A stretch of 64,000 nt of DNA from Candidatus Blackburnbacteria bacterium (GTDB lineage: Bacteria > Patescibacteriota > Microgenomatia > UBA8517 > UBA10165). Both the position numbers and the translations under genes were made by a program. The stretch spans positions 114,257 through 178,256 of the forward strand of contig JACPEJ010000001.1 in assembly GCA_016183565.1 (NCBI GenBank). The letters are read 5' to 3'. Each line of letters opens with the position of its first letter. Position 1 is the stretch's first letter. Shown piece after piece: positions 15,928 to 25,619 of this stretch. Under the pieces are notes generated by a model. The model was not told where the DNA came from. It ran no database searches and was given only the letters and a program-made list of their open reading frames with translations.

Positions 15928-16596
15928 ATGACTATAAACGACCTTATCAAAATTTACGAGACAAAAAAGAAAAAATATGGCGTACAAGCATATCGCCATA
16001 TTTCAAATGTTTTGAAAGAAGCAAAGGCACAACATAAAAAAGATTTTTCAGGTGATGACCACGAGCAATCTTGGCGGGCTTTTAAGGGTAAGAATTTGGA
16101 GAAAATGATTGAGTATATTATTACCGATGAAGTCCGTGCTTTAGGGTTGCAGGTTGTAAACGGAAATAGTTTAGAGCGAACGAATGGCACAAACTTGTCT
16201 AGAGAATTAAGTTTAGTAAAGAGAAATTTGATTGTTGATTATGGCGAGTTTGGTTCGCATTTGCCTGATGTTGATTTGATAATTTATGACCCAAAAATGA
16301 GCAAAGTCGTTGCCGTTCTATCAAGCAAAGTAACTTTGCGAGAAAGAATCGCCCAAACTGGTTATTGGAAAATAAAACTTGCTTCCGACGAAGCGACAAA
16401 ACATATCAAGGTTTATTTCGTAACACCAGATGAAGACGGAACGCTAACTATTAAAAAACCAGCGAAAAAAGGACGAGCAATTGTTGAAGTAGACACAGAC
16501 GGCAGTTATGTTTTAAGCGAGACGGATATAGAGGAGAGCGACAAAGTTAAAATGTTTGATAAATTTATTGATGACCTTAAAAAATTACTCAAATAA
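15928..16596 (+). CDS. Candidate Type II restriction endonuclease (R subunit), inferred mainly from position between the two MTases
   Basis: 222-aa protein with no MTase or HTH motifs and a possible PD-(D/E)XK-like segment PDVDLIIYD...VVAVLSSKVTLRER, sandwiched between M1 and M2 on the same strand. Confidence 0.45.
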   Translation: MTINDLIKIYETKKKKYGVQAYRHISNVLKEAKAQHKKDFSGDDHEQSWRAFKGKNLEKMIEYIITDEVRALGLQVVNGNSLERTNGTNLSRELSLVKRNLIVDYGEFGSHLPDVDLIIYDPKMSKVVAVLSSKVTLRERIAQTGYWKIKLASDEATKHIKVYFVTPDEDGTLTIKKPAKKGRAIVEVDTDGSYVLSETDIEESDKVKMFDKFIDDLKKLLK

Positions 16597-16843
16597 TGTG
16601 ACAAAATCGCAAATACAATTGGCGTGGGGAAAAGTTATTAAAGAAACTCGTAAGATTCCCGATTGGAATACGCTTAAAAAAGATTCAAAACAATATCAAA
16701 AAGTTGTCACTCTTAGAGAGCTTATTTTGTTTTGTCAAGTGCTTTTAGGGAAGATAGAAATTGGTGAAAATGTTGCTTTTAATGAAATAATTTATAAAAA
16801 GACTATAAAATTTTATTGTGAGCAGATGAAAGAATATGTCTAA
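16556..16843 (+). CDS. Small ORF between the R and M2 genes (hypothetical; overlaps both neighbours)
   Basis: 95-aa ORF with start inside the R gene 3' end and stop 8 nt into M2. No recognisable domain. Confidence 0.25.
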   Translation: MINLLMTLKNYSNNVTKSQIQLAWGKVIKETRKIPDWNTLKKDSKQYQKVVTLRELILFCQVLLGKIEIGENVAFNEIIYKKTIKFYCEQMKEYV

Positions 16844-17522
16844 AGATTTGATTTTGGAATCAACAACTCTGTGGGATTATCCAACGCAAAATTATGGTGA
16901 TAAGCCACACGGAAACAATAAATATAATGGCGTAACACCTGCTTTTGTTCTTTGGAATTTGCTACAAAGATACACAAAAGAAGGCGATTTAGTTGTCGAT
17001 CCGATGTGCGGAAGCGGAACAACAATTGATGTTGCCAAAGAATTAAACCGAAAAGTAATCGGCTATGATTTAAACATTGTTCGCCCAGATGTTACCAAAA
17101 ATGACTCTCGAAAAATCCCACTTAAAGATAATTCTGTTGATTTTGTTTTTATTGATTCGCCATACTCGGACAATATCAAATATTCTGACGATGAAAAATG
17201 TATCGGCAAAATTTCTTGCGAAAAACCAGAATTTTATGACGAGTTAGAAAAAACCGCTTCAGAAATTGCAAGAATTTTGAAGCTCGGCAAAGTCATGGGT
17301 TGGGTTATTGCCGACCAATGGATTAAAAAGAAATTTACAGCAGTTGGATTTTTGCTTTGGCAAAGATTGGAAAAATATTTTGAGCCAATGGATATTGTTT
17401 GTTTAACAAGACATAACCAAACATCAAACACTGGTGTTTGGCATAACAGAGCGAGGCAGTTCAATTTTTATTTGAGAGGTTTTAAGTATTTGTTTATAAT
17501 GAAGAAATCCGAAAAGAATTAG
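16836..17522 (+). CDS. Second DNA methyltransferase (small amino-MTase; DPMCGSGTT motif I and DSPY motif IV)
   Basis: PAFVLWNLLQRYTKEGDLVVDPMCGSGTT then VDFVFIDSPYSD; 228 aa. Confidence 0.7.
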   Translation: MSKDLILESTTLWDYPTQNYGDKPHGNNKYNGVTPAFVLWNLLQRYTKEGDLVVDPMCGSGTTIDVAKELNRKVIGYDLNIVRPDVTKNDSRKIPLKDNSVDFVFIDSPYSDNIKYSDDEKCIGKISCEKPEFYDELEKTASEIARILKLGKVMGWVIADQWIKKKFTAVGFLLWQRLEKYFEPMDIVCLTRHNQTSNTGVWHNRARQFNFYLRGFKYLFIMKKSEKN

Positions 17523-17702
17523 GCGGCGCGCCAGCTTTGCTAGCACGAAAAATTGCGGTGGTGAAAAAAGGAGCGGCGAAAGCGAGGGCGAGGCGGAGCG
17601 TCAAAATGCACAATCTGGATTTTCGTCAAAAAAAGTTCGGATTTTAACCAAAAGGTACCGCAAAAAGGATTTTGCAATCGCGAGTGGAGTTGTTTTTAAC
17701 CC

Positions 17703-17740
17703 TTGACAGGCTGTAATAATTCTGTAATAATTGTTATATA
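17703..17740 (+). promoter_or_regulatory. Consensus-like promoter (TTGACA 17703-17708, -10 near 17726-17738) overlapped by a tandem 11-bp direct repeat ctgtaataatt x2 (17711-17732); putative Phd/RelE operator
   Basis: Read directly. The repeats lie between the -35 element and the phd ATG at 17740, leaving little or no leader. Confidence 0.5.
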
Positions 17741-18018
17741 TGGCACAATTAATTGCTAATGAAGATTTTACCAGCATCCAGAAAGCACAGGCAGGCTTAA
17801 CCAGGGTTTTTAAAAAAGCCGAAAAACGTGGAAAATTTGTTAGGGTGATGAGGAATAATGAGCCTGTGGGAGTACTAGTGCCCAATCGGGTTTGGGAGTC
17901 CTTTTTAGAAGATTTAGAGGCCCTTTCTTCTGAGAATTATTTAAAAAGGATTGCCAAATCAAGAGCAGATAAAAAAACTTACTCTATGGAGGAAGTTAAA
18001 AAGAGATTGGGTGTCTAA
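17740..18018 (+). CDS. Phd/YefM family antitoxin
   Basis: MAQLIANEDFTSIQKAQAGLTRVFKKAEKRGKFVRVMRNNEPVGVLVP; stop overlaps the relE start (ATGTAA-type coupling at 18018). Confidence 0.75.
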   Translation: MAQLIANEDFTSIQKAQAGLTRVFKKAEKRGKFVRVMRNNEPVGVLVPNRVWESFLEDLEALSSENYLKRIAKSRADKKTYSMEEVKKRLGV

Positions 18019-18278
18019 TGTACCAGATTAAGTTTAAGGCTTCAGCAGACAAAAGATTTTCTAAGTTCCCCAGAGATGTTCAGATAAGAGTTATACAAAA
18101 ATTAGAGTTCTTTTTATCTCAATCGGACCCTTTGATTTACGCAGAAATGTTAACAAACCCTAGAATTGGTACATATCGTTTTAGGGTTGGTGATTATCGC
18201 GTAGTTTTTGATTTGGAAGATGATGAGACTATTGTGATTGTGGATATTGATCATAGGAAAAATATTTATCGGCGATGA
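18018..18278 (+). CDS. RelE/ParE family toxin
   Basis: GTYRFRVGDYRVVFDLEDDETIVIVDIDHRKNIY. Confidence 0.8.
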   Translation: MYQIKFKASADKRFSKFPRDVQIRVIQKLEFFLSQSDPLIYAEMLTNPRIGTYRFRVGDYRVVFDLEDDETIVIVDIDHRKNIYRR

Positions 18279-18353
18279 AAAGAGAATTTTCTGCAGGTGG
18301 ATTTGTATATACTTAATATTATGTCAAATTTACGAAGACACTTTGTATAAAGA

Positions 18354-18947
18354 ATGAGCACAACACGCGATTTAGATTTTTTATTTGAAATAGGTACCTT
18401 GAGGAATGTTAAACGGGGCTGGGCACAACATATCGCTCAAAATTGTGCCAGTGTTTTGGAACATACAGCTAGGGTTGTGTGGATTGCACTAATCCTTGCA
18501 AGAAAAGAAAGGGTTAAAGATGAAGAAAAAGTAATGAAAATGGCTTTGGTTCACGATGTGGCAGAAGCACGAGTAAGCGACCTTTCCTATGTGCAGAAGG
18601 TATATGTGATTGCTGACGAAGAGAGAGCAGTCAAAGACGCTTTTGAAGGAACCATTCTTGAAAGTTTTTACAAAGATACGCTGGTGGAGTATGAAAAAAG
18701 AGAAAGCATTGAAGCAAAAATTGTCAAAGATGCGGATAACCTAGATGTAGACATTGAGTTAAAGGAGTTAGCAGAAACCGGATCTGTATTGCCTCGAAAA
18801 TGGCAGATTTTTCGAAAAATGGTTAGAGAAAATAAGCTTTATACCCAGTCAGCCAGAGAGTTATGGGATCTTCTGCAAGAAGTTGATGTTCAAAGTTGGC
18901 ATTTAGCAGTCAACAAATGGGTTAAGGTGCCGGAGGCTGGTACTTAA
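18354..18947 (+). CDS. HD-domain phosphohydrolase (YfbR-like 5'-deoxynucleotidase family)
   Basis: H...HD...D pattern: LEHTARVVWIALIL, ALVHDVAEARVSD, KDADNLD. Confidence 0.7.
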   Translation: MSTTRDLDFLFEIGTLRNVKRGWAQHIAQNCASVLEHTARVVWIALILARKERVKDEEKVMKMALVHDVAEARVSDLSYVQKVYVIADEERAVKDAFEGTILESFYKDTLVEYEKRESIEAKIVKDADNLDVDIELKELAETGSVLPRKWQIFRKMVRENKLYTQSARELWDLLQEVDVQSWHLAVNKWVKVPEAGT

Positions 18948-18998
18948 AAATAGCTCGACTTCTTTGATTCTTCGGTTATACTTGTCTCAAGGGAGAGT

Positions 18999-20774
18999 AT
19001 GGCGCAGGATCAAATCGAGGAGATTAAAAATAAGGTTGATATTGTTGAGTTGATTTCGGAGTTTGTGGAGCTTAAAAAAGCTGGAAGAAATTATAGAGGT
19101 CTTTGTCCGTTTCATAGTGAGAAGACTCCTTCTTTCATGGTCTCTTCGGAGCTTCAAATTTTCAAGTGTTTCGGATGTGGTTTGGGAGGGGATTGTTATA
19201 GATTTTTGATGGAGTATGAGAAAGCAGATTTTCCCCAGGTTTTGAAGATTCTTGCGGATCGTGTAGGTGTTCAGCTTCAGCCACTTCGTGGGTTTGTCGG
19301 GTTTCAAGAGAAAGAGGAGATTTATAAAGTTAATCAGCAGGCACTAGAACTTTATCATTATCTATTGATTTCTCACCCTTTGGGAGAAAGCTCTCGAGCT
19401 TATTTGAGAAAGAGGGGGATTAAAGATGAAGCGATAAAACAATTTAGGTTGGGGCTTGCAATTGATCGACCCAATGCCCTTTTTCGTTTTTTGACTGAAA
19501 AGAGGAAACAGAACCCAGTGTTGTTGGAAAAGGCCGGTCTTGTTGTAAGGCGAGATGGCGAGTACTTTGATCGTTTTCGGGCAAGACTTATCTTTCCGCT
19601 TAAGGATCATCACGGAAATACGGTTGGTTTTTCGGGGCGAGTTCTTGTGGGAGAACGAGAAGTGGCGAAATATATAAACTCACCAGATACGCTCGTTTAT
19701 AAAAAAGGGCAGATGCTTTATGGGTTGGACGTTACGAAACAGGAAATAAAGAAGGCAGATTTTGCGGTAGTTGTAGAAGGAGAGTTTGATCTTATTTCTC
19801 CATGGCAAGTAGGGGTTAAAAACGTTGTTGCAATTAAGGGTTCGGCTTTGACTCCCGAACAAGCAGGACTTCTCTCTCGGTTTTGTTCTAGGGTTTATTT
19901 AGCACTTGATAGCGATTTCGCAGGAGATAAAGCGGCGTGGCGTGGAATTGATATTGTACAAAGTAAAGGGTTGGAAGTAAGGATAGTAGATCTTAATGGA
20001 TTTAAGGATCCTGATGAGATGGCGCAAAAGGATGCTAAAGGATTAAGACAAGCAATAGAGAAAGCGCAAGGGGCTTATGACTTTTTTATAAACTCGACTT
20101 TTAAAAAGTATGATTCTACTACAACGGAGGGCAAAGCCAAGATAAGCAGAGAATTATCCCCGATACTTGTAAATATAGAAGATGAGATTGTTAAAGCAAC
20201 GTGCATTAGTCAGGTTGCAAGGCGTTTAGGAGTTTCTGAGCAGGCGGTTTTACGGGAAGTTGAGAAAAAAATAGGCAGCAGGAAGCCGGGTACTGTGAAT
20301 ATGGAGGGAAACGAGAACCTCGCAAAAAGCCGTAGGGTTCTTTTGGAAGAAGGGCTTTTGAGTTTGATCTTTCAGACTAATCCTGTTTTAGTAGTTGAGA
20401 AAAATGTCAAAAGGGTTATTAAGGATCCTATTTTGAGACGATTGGTGGAACTATTTGAGGGTTATAGTGTAATGGCAGAAGAAGATGTTGGTAGTTTATC
20501 TTTTTTTGCAAACCAACTACCCGCAGAATTAAAAGATGTTTTTGCGTCTTTGTTGTTACGGGAGGCGCTGAAAGAGGATGAAGTGGATACAGAGTTAGAG
20601 GTGGAGGATATTATAAAAACTATTCAGGTTTTAGAAGAACAAGGGGTGATGGAGGGCTTAACGATGCAAATAAAAGAGTTGGAGTATAAAGGAGAGATGG
20701 AGAGAGTAGGTGAGTTGGAAGTTGAGCTTAATAATTCGGTGAAAAGATTGTTGAAATTGAAGGAAGGAAGCTAA
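18999..20774 (+). CDS. dnaG: DNA primase
   Basis: CHC2 zinc finger CPFHSEKTPSFMV...FKCFGCGLGGD, Toprim EGEFDLIS, 591 aa. Confidence 0.9.
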   Translation: MAQDQIEEIKNKVDIVELISEFVELKKAGRNYRGLCPFHSEKTPSFMVSSELQIFKCFGCGLGGDCYRFLMEYEKADFPQVLKILADRVGVQLQPLRGFVGFQEKEEIYKVNQQALELYHYLLISHPLGESSRAYLRKRGIKDEAIKQFRLGLAIDRPNALFRFLTEKRKQNPVLLEKAGLVVRRDGEYFDRFRARLIFPLKDHHGNTVGFSGRVLVGEREVAKYINSPDTLVYKKGQMLYGLDVTKQEIKKADFAVVVEGEFDLISPWQVGVKNVVAIKGSALTPEQAGLLSRFCSRVYLALDSDFAGDKAAWRGIDIVQSKGLEVRIVDLNGFKDPDEMAQKDAKGLRQAIEKAQGAYDFFINSTFKKYDSTTTEGKAKISRELSPILVNIEDEIVKATCISQVARRLGVSEQAVLREVEKKIGSRKPGTVNMEGNENLAKSRRVLLEEGLLSLIFQTNPVLVVEKNVKRVIKDPILRRLVELFEGYSVMAEEDVGSLSFFANQLPAELKDVFASLLLREALKEDEVDTELEVEDIIKTIQVLEEQGVMEGLTMQIKELEYKGEMERVGELEVELNNSVKRLLKLKEGS

Positions 20775-20827
20775 TTTTAAGTGCTAGTTGAGCTTGGATT
20801 GAGGTAACTGGTATCATATACAGACCA

Positions 20828-21910
20828 ATGAAACTAAGAAAGCCGGTACGGGACTTATTAGAGAGGGGTGAGAAACAAGGGTTTTTAACCCAAGAAGAAA
20901 TTCTTGAGGTTTTTAGTGATGCCGAGAATCGTTTAGAAGAACTTGATAATTTATACTATCTTCTTTTAGAGCGTGGTGTTGATGTTTTTGAGTCAGTTAC
21001 GGAGGACGATCTTGTTGAGGATACGAAAACTCCTGCTGATTTAGAGCGTGAGATAGAAGCCTTAACACGGTTTGACGAGGGTGTTTCAACAGATCCTGTT
21101 AGGCAGTATTTGCGCGAGATAGGGAGAGTCCGTCTTCTTACTCCAGAGGAAGAGGTGGAGCTTGCAAAAAGAATTGAGAAGAGTGAGCGTCGGGCGAAAG
21201 AGGTTCTTACAGAGTCTAATTTAAGATTAGTGGTTTCTATTGCCAAGAAGTATGTTGGTCGAGGTTTGACACTTCTTGATCTTATTCAAGAAGGTAACCA
21301 GGGTTTGATAAGAGCTGTCGAAAAGTACAATTGGAGGAGGGGGTATAAGTTTTCAACTTATGCTACTTGGTGGATTAGACAGGCTATTACTCGTGCTATT
21401 GCAGACCAAGCCAGGACGATTCGTATTCCTGTGCACATGGTTGAGACAATAAACAAGCTTTTTCATACCTCAAGAAGGTTGATGCAAGAGCTTGGTCGGG
21501 AGCCGACTGCAGAGGAGATCGGAGGAGAGTTAGATTTGACTCCGGACAGAGTTCGGGAGATTTTCAAAATTGCGCAAGAGGTGACTTCAATTGATGCTAA
21601 AGTGGGAGATGATGAGGATAGTTTTCTTGGAGACTTTATTGAGGACACAAGCCAACCGTCGCCAGTTGACCAGGCATCTCGGGAACTATTAAAGGAGAGT
21701 TTAGAGGAGGTTTTAGGAAGTTTGTCTGACAGAGAGGCAAGGGTTTTAAAATTCCGATTTGGTTTAAATGGTAATAAATCAATGACTTTGGAGGAGGTTG
21801 GTCGGGAATTTGGGGTAACTCGAGAGCGTATTCGTCAAATTGAGGCAAAGGCTTTGAGAAAACTCAAACATCCCAGTCGTCGCAAGAAACTTCAGGATTA
21901 TTTGGAGTAA
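20828..21910 (+). CDS. rpoD: RNA polymerase sigma-70 factor
   Basis: Region 2 [55 protein letters not shown] and region 4 [28 protein letters not shown]. Confidence 0.9.
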   Translation: MKLRKPVRDLLERGEKQGFLTQEEILEVFSDAENRLEELDNLYYLLLERGVDVFESVTEDDLVEDTKTPADLEREIEALTRFDEGVSTDPVRQYLREIGRVRLLTPEEEVELAKRIEKSERRAKEVLTESNLRLVVSIAKKYVGRGLTLLDLIQEGNQGLIRAVEKYNWRRGYKFSTYATWWIRQAITRAIADQARTIRIPVHMVETINKLFHTSRRLMQELGREPTAEEIGGELDLTPDRVREIFKIAQEVTSIDAKVGDDEDSFLGDFIEDTSQPSPVDQASRELLKESLEEVLGSLSDREARVLKFRFGLNGNKSMTLEEVGREFGVTRERIRQIEAKALRKLKHPSRRKKLQDYLE

Positions 21911-21954
21911 CCCGTTGTATTTTTCACTAGTTTGTGTAATATGTGTCTTAGATC

Positions 21955-23034
21955 GTGTTTAAGGAAACAGGTGAGATCCCTGTACTGTGCCGCAACCGTA
22001 TAGTCGGAAAACTAGCGATTTTTAGTCCCGAGCAGGAATTTATGAGAACCATTGAGCGTCTTGCATTTGATGTAGGAATAGAAACAAACCCTCAAAGAGT
22101 TGCCCATAATTTTGCTTCTTATACAATTGAGCATGCAGATCTCCCTATTTGGAGAAGAATAAACACTGAATATCTGTTCTTGCGTTCAGATGGCAGTGTT
22201 GTTGATGTAAGTGGCATTCCGATTGACCAACAGCTAAGAAAGGAGACAGAATCAGATTTTTTGGAAAATCCTGTTGTTCCCAAGATAATTACTTTTTTAC
22301 ACAGAGGCCGGGTCGGAGATGTGCTTTGGTGGGGAAGCCCAAAAAGTGGAAAGTTTAGATACACAGAATCCAGATCCATATTCTACGAGCTTTTTGAGGA
22401 ACAAGGTCAACGCTATTTAATTTTGCATGCAGTTCCTGGGCCCCATGTGGTTCAGGATTACCTAAGAGTGGCGAGAGATTTAAGTGAGTACAGGAGAGGT
22501 TGGGATGTGCCAGTAACGGAAGATGAGTTAAGAGGAACGCCCATTTGGGTGTGTCCACCAAAAAGTAATCACTGGGTAAGGATTTTTGAGCAGTATTTAG
22601 ATTTTCCACCGCAAGTTTGGAAGGTTATCGAGAACGGAGAGGATATAAAGGGTAAAGAGGAAATCCTGAAGCATGCTTTGGAAGTTAATCGAAAGTGGAG
22701 GAAGGTTGTGTCTCAGGCGCGAACTCCTTACGAGAGAGTTTGGGTTGGGGCACAGATGGAGGAAGATATGGCAAGACGGGTTGGATTTGGAGTGCAGGCT
22801 TTTGGAAGTTGTGGTATCTCAAACACAGAAGCTTTAAGAAGAGGCATATTCGACAGGATGTTTGGTGAAAGAGAATACCCGTGGTCTGGTAACTGTCCGT
22901 TGTGTGGGACATATAATAAAAATATGAGACGCGGAGATCGGTGTAGTGGGTGCGATCAGGTGTATGAAGGTTGTGGGCGAAAAGAGAATGATGCCCTGCT
23001 GGTTCGTTGCTTAATTGGAAGTGATTCCAACTAG
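21955..23034 (+). CDS. Hypothetical protein with a C-terminal Cys-rich zinc-ribbon (CPLCGTYNKNMRRGDRCSGCDQVYEGCG)
   Basis: 359-aa ORF with a Cys cluster at the C-terminus and no other recognisable motif. Confidence 0.4.
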   Translation: MFKETGEIPVLCRNRIVGKLAIFSPEQEFMRTIERLAFDVGIETNPQRVAHNFASYTIEHADLPIWRRINTEYLFLRSDGSVVDVSGIPIDQQLRKETESDFLENPVVPKIITFLHRGRVGDVLWWGSPKSGKFRYTESRSIFYELFEEQGQRYLILHAVPGPHVVQDYLRVARDLSEYRRGWDVPVTEDELRGTPIWVCPPKSNHWVRIFEQYLDFPPQVWKVIENGEDIKGKEEILKHALEVNRKWRKVVSQARTPYERVWVGAQMEEDMARRVGFGVQAFGSCGISNTEALRRGIFDRMFGEREYPWSGNCPLCGTYNKNMRRGDRCSGCDQVYEGCGRKENDALLVRCLIGSDSN

Positions 23035-23462
23035 ATGAACCAGCAGGGTAGAGATTGGCATTAGACAGTGAGTTGAGCTGCTTCGGTAGCCCACGGTTGT
23101 CGTAGAATTGCCTCGTCAGTCGCCGTTGTGGGTTGGAATAGGGTACGGCGCTTGCCGTATCGAGTAGTGTATGCTTCAATTGTGCGCGTTTGGTTGCCTC
23201 TGGACACAGAGACGGGTCCCTTGTAGTGGAATCGGCCTTCCACCAGAAGACCGAATTGTCGTGCCTCGTCTGGCCTGAGCATACAATCCTCCCTAATGTT
23301 TTGTTTATGTGCCAATGGACGAAAAACGGTTTTTCGTCCCCAAAACAAAAAACCTCCCTTTTTGGGGAGGTTCCCTGTTTTGGAAGCTATTTTTGTTTAG
23401 CTTGCCAGGGTCTCCCCGTCCTTCTTAAGAAGGAGGACGATGGAGAGGTTGATGGTGTTTAT

Positions 23463-23575
23463 TGACAAGCCTTGCATTTGTAAGTATATTATATTAAACT
23501 GCTTGCTGGGAAGTCAAGACCTAGAGTAGAGCTTACTTTAGGACTTGACAAGTGTACAAGTCTTTTTTACAATAG
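23463..23575 (+). promoter_or_regulatory. Two tandem near-consensus sigma-70 promoters upstream of groES
   Basis: TTGACA-17 nt-TATATT at about 23463-23492 and TTGACA-17 nt-TACAAT at about 23547-23575. The second overlaps a GACTTG-N9-CAAGTC inverted repeat. No CIRCE element was found. Confidence 0.55.
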
Positions 23576-23681
23576 CAGTCACTACAATCAAGTGATAGGG
23601 AATAGAGGGATAATTTACAAAGATAACTCTTCTGCTTCCTCCCATCACTTTTCAAAGCAGGGTTGGCAGAAAAACGACAAT

Positions 23682-23981
23682 ATGACAGACAAACTTAATC
23701 TTAAACCGGCAGCAGGTTATTTGCTTCTTCAGCCTGAAGAGGCAGAAACTGCAACTGCTTCCGGTATTCTTCTTCCTGATGCAGTTGGTGAAAAACCTCA
23801 GTCAGGCAAAGTGCTGGCGGTTGGCGATGAGGAGATTACAGACTCCGGTTCTAAAAAAAGTGCTCCTGTAAAAGAAGGAGATAGAGTAGTTTACAAAAAA
23901 TGGGGTGGTAATGAGATGAAAATTGACGGTAAAGATTATTTATTTGTAAAATTTGAAGATATTTTGGCTGTGTACCAATAA
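23682..23981 (+). CDS. groES: Co-chaperonin GroES
   Basis: MTDKLNLKPAAGYLLLQPEEAE...GILLPD...GKVLAVG... Start at the internal Met of ORF 23592. Confidence 0.9.
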   Translation: MTDKLNLKPAAGYLLLQPEEAETATASGILLPDAVGEKPQSGKVLAVGDEEITDSGSKKSAPVKEGDRVVYKKWGGNEMKIDGKDYLFVKFEDILAVYQ

Positions 23982-23992
23982 TTTTTTGAAAT

Positions 23993-25618
23993 ATGTCAAA
24001 GCAATTGCAATTCGGTGATGATGCGAGACAATCTCTTCTAAAGGGTATTGATATTGTGGCAAAAGCAGTTGTTACAACACTTGGCCCTAAGGGTAGAAAT
24101 ATTGCTCTTGATCGCAAATGGGGTGGGCCGAATGTTGTTCATGATGGTGTTTCTGTTGCAAAAGAAATAGAGCTCCCGGATGCTTTTGAGAATATGGGTG
24201 CTCAGCTAGTTCGTGAAGCTGCTTCAAAAACTAACGATGTTGCGGGAGATGGAACTACAACTGCAACTCTTCTTGCTCAATATATTGCACATCGGGGGAT
24301 GAGATACATTGCAACGGGCTCTAACCCGATGCTTCTTAAAAGGGGAATAGATAAAGGAGTTTTGGTAATAGTTGAGGAGATCAAGAAGATGGCAAAGCCA
24401 ATCAAAGGTAAGGAGGAAATTGCACAGGTTGCCACTGTTTCTGCGCAAAATTCTGAGATTGGTAGTATTATCGCGGAGGCGTTGGAGAAAGTTGGCCGGG
24501 ATGGAGTTGTGACAGTAGAAGAGGGCAGGGGTTTAACTATTGAGGTTGAATATAAAGAAGGGATGGAGTTTGATCGGGGTTATGCATCTGCCTATTTTGT
24601 AACGAATCCTGAGCGAATGGAAGCTGAGATTCAAGATGCTTACATATTAATAACTGATAAGAAAATTTCTGCGATTTCTGACCTTCTTCCTTTTTTGGAG
24701 AATACTGTAAAGGTAAGTAAGAATATAGTAATTATTGCTGATGAGATTGATGGGGAGGCACTTGCAACTTTGGTTGTAAACAAGCTACGTGGTACGTTTA
24801 ATGTTTTGGCTGTTAAAGCTCCTGGGTTTGGAGATCGCCGACGCGAGATGCTTGAGGATATAGCTACTTTAACGGGTGGGAATGTGATATCTGAGGATAC
24901 AGGGAGGACTTTGGAATCTGTGACCGTAGGTGATTTGGGGAAGGCAGACAAGGTTTGGGCGGAGAAAGAAAATACTCGGATAATAGGAGGTAAGGGGGAT
25001 AAATCGAAAATCGATGCAAGAATTGCCCAGATAAGGCGAGCGGTTGACGAAACTGACTCTGATTTTGATCGAGAGAAGTTACAAGAGCGTTTGGCGAAAT
25101 TGGCAGGTGGGGTTGCTCAGGTTAATGTGGGTGCTGCAACTGAGGTTGAGCTTAATGAGAGGAAAGAGAGAGTGAAGGATGCAGTTGAGGCAACAAAATC
25201 GGCTATAGAAGAGGGTATTGTACCTGGTGGTGGTGTTGCACTTTTGCGTGCAATGTCTGCTTTGGGTGGTGTTAAGACGGAGAATGAGGATGAGGTAGCG
25301 GGGGTAGAGATTTTGCGCGATGCTCTTCAGCAGCCTTTGCGTTGGATAGTTAAAAACGCTGGGGAGGATGATGGGTATGTGTTAAGGCAAGTTGTGGAAG
25401 TGAAAGATGTTGATTATGGGTATGATGTTATGACGGGTAAATTTGGCTCGATGCTTGAGAAGGGGATAGTTGACCCTGCCAAAGTGACAAGATCAGCAGT
25501 GCAAAACGCAGCGTCTGTTGCTACTATGGTTTTGACTACAGAGGGATTAGTTTCGGATTTACCTGAGAAAGAGAAAGCTCACCCAACTCCTGATATGGGT
25601 GGGGGAATGGATTATTAA
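23993..25618 (+). CDS. groEL: Chaperonin GroEL
   Basis: 541 aa; [28 protein letters not shown]-terminal GGM repeat. Confidence 0.95.
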   Translation: MSKQLQFGDDARQSLLKGIDIVAKAVVTTLGPKGRNIALDRKWGGPNVVHDGVSVAKEIELPDAFENMGAQLVREAASKTNDVAGDGTTTATLLAQYIAHRGMRYIATGSNPMLLKRGIDKGVLVIVEEIKKMAKPIKGKEEIAQVATVSAQNSEIGSIIAEALEKVGRDGVVTVEEGRGLTIEVEYKEGMEFDRGYASAYFVTNPERMEAEIQDAYILITDKKISAISDLLPFLENTVKVSKNIVIIADEIDGEALATLVVNKLRGTFNVLAVKAPGFGDRRREMLEDIATLTGGNVISEDTGRTLESVTVGDLGKADKVWAEKENTRIIGGKGDKSKIDARIAQIRRAVDETDSDFDREKLQERLAKLAGGVAQVNVGAATEVELNERKERVKDAVEATKSAIEEGIVPGGGVALLRAMSALGGVKTENEDEVAGVEILRDALQQPLRWIVKNAGEDDGYVLRQVVEVKDVDYGYDVMTGKFGSMLEKGIVDPAKVTRSAVQNAASVATMVLTTEGLVSDLPEKEKAHPTPDMGGGMDY

Positions 25619-25619
25619 A

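Noticed and set aside
17601-17885. 94-aa minus-strand ORF
   Set aside because: Overlaps the GC-rich block and the phd promoter/operator and the phd N-terminus on the opposite strand; no motifs.
23500-23600. Looked for a CIRCE/HrcA operator (TTAGCACTC-N9-GAGTGCTAA) upstream of groES
   Set aside because: Not present. Only a GACTTG-N9-CAAGTC inverted repeat and two sigma-70-like promoters were seen.
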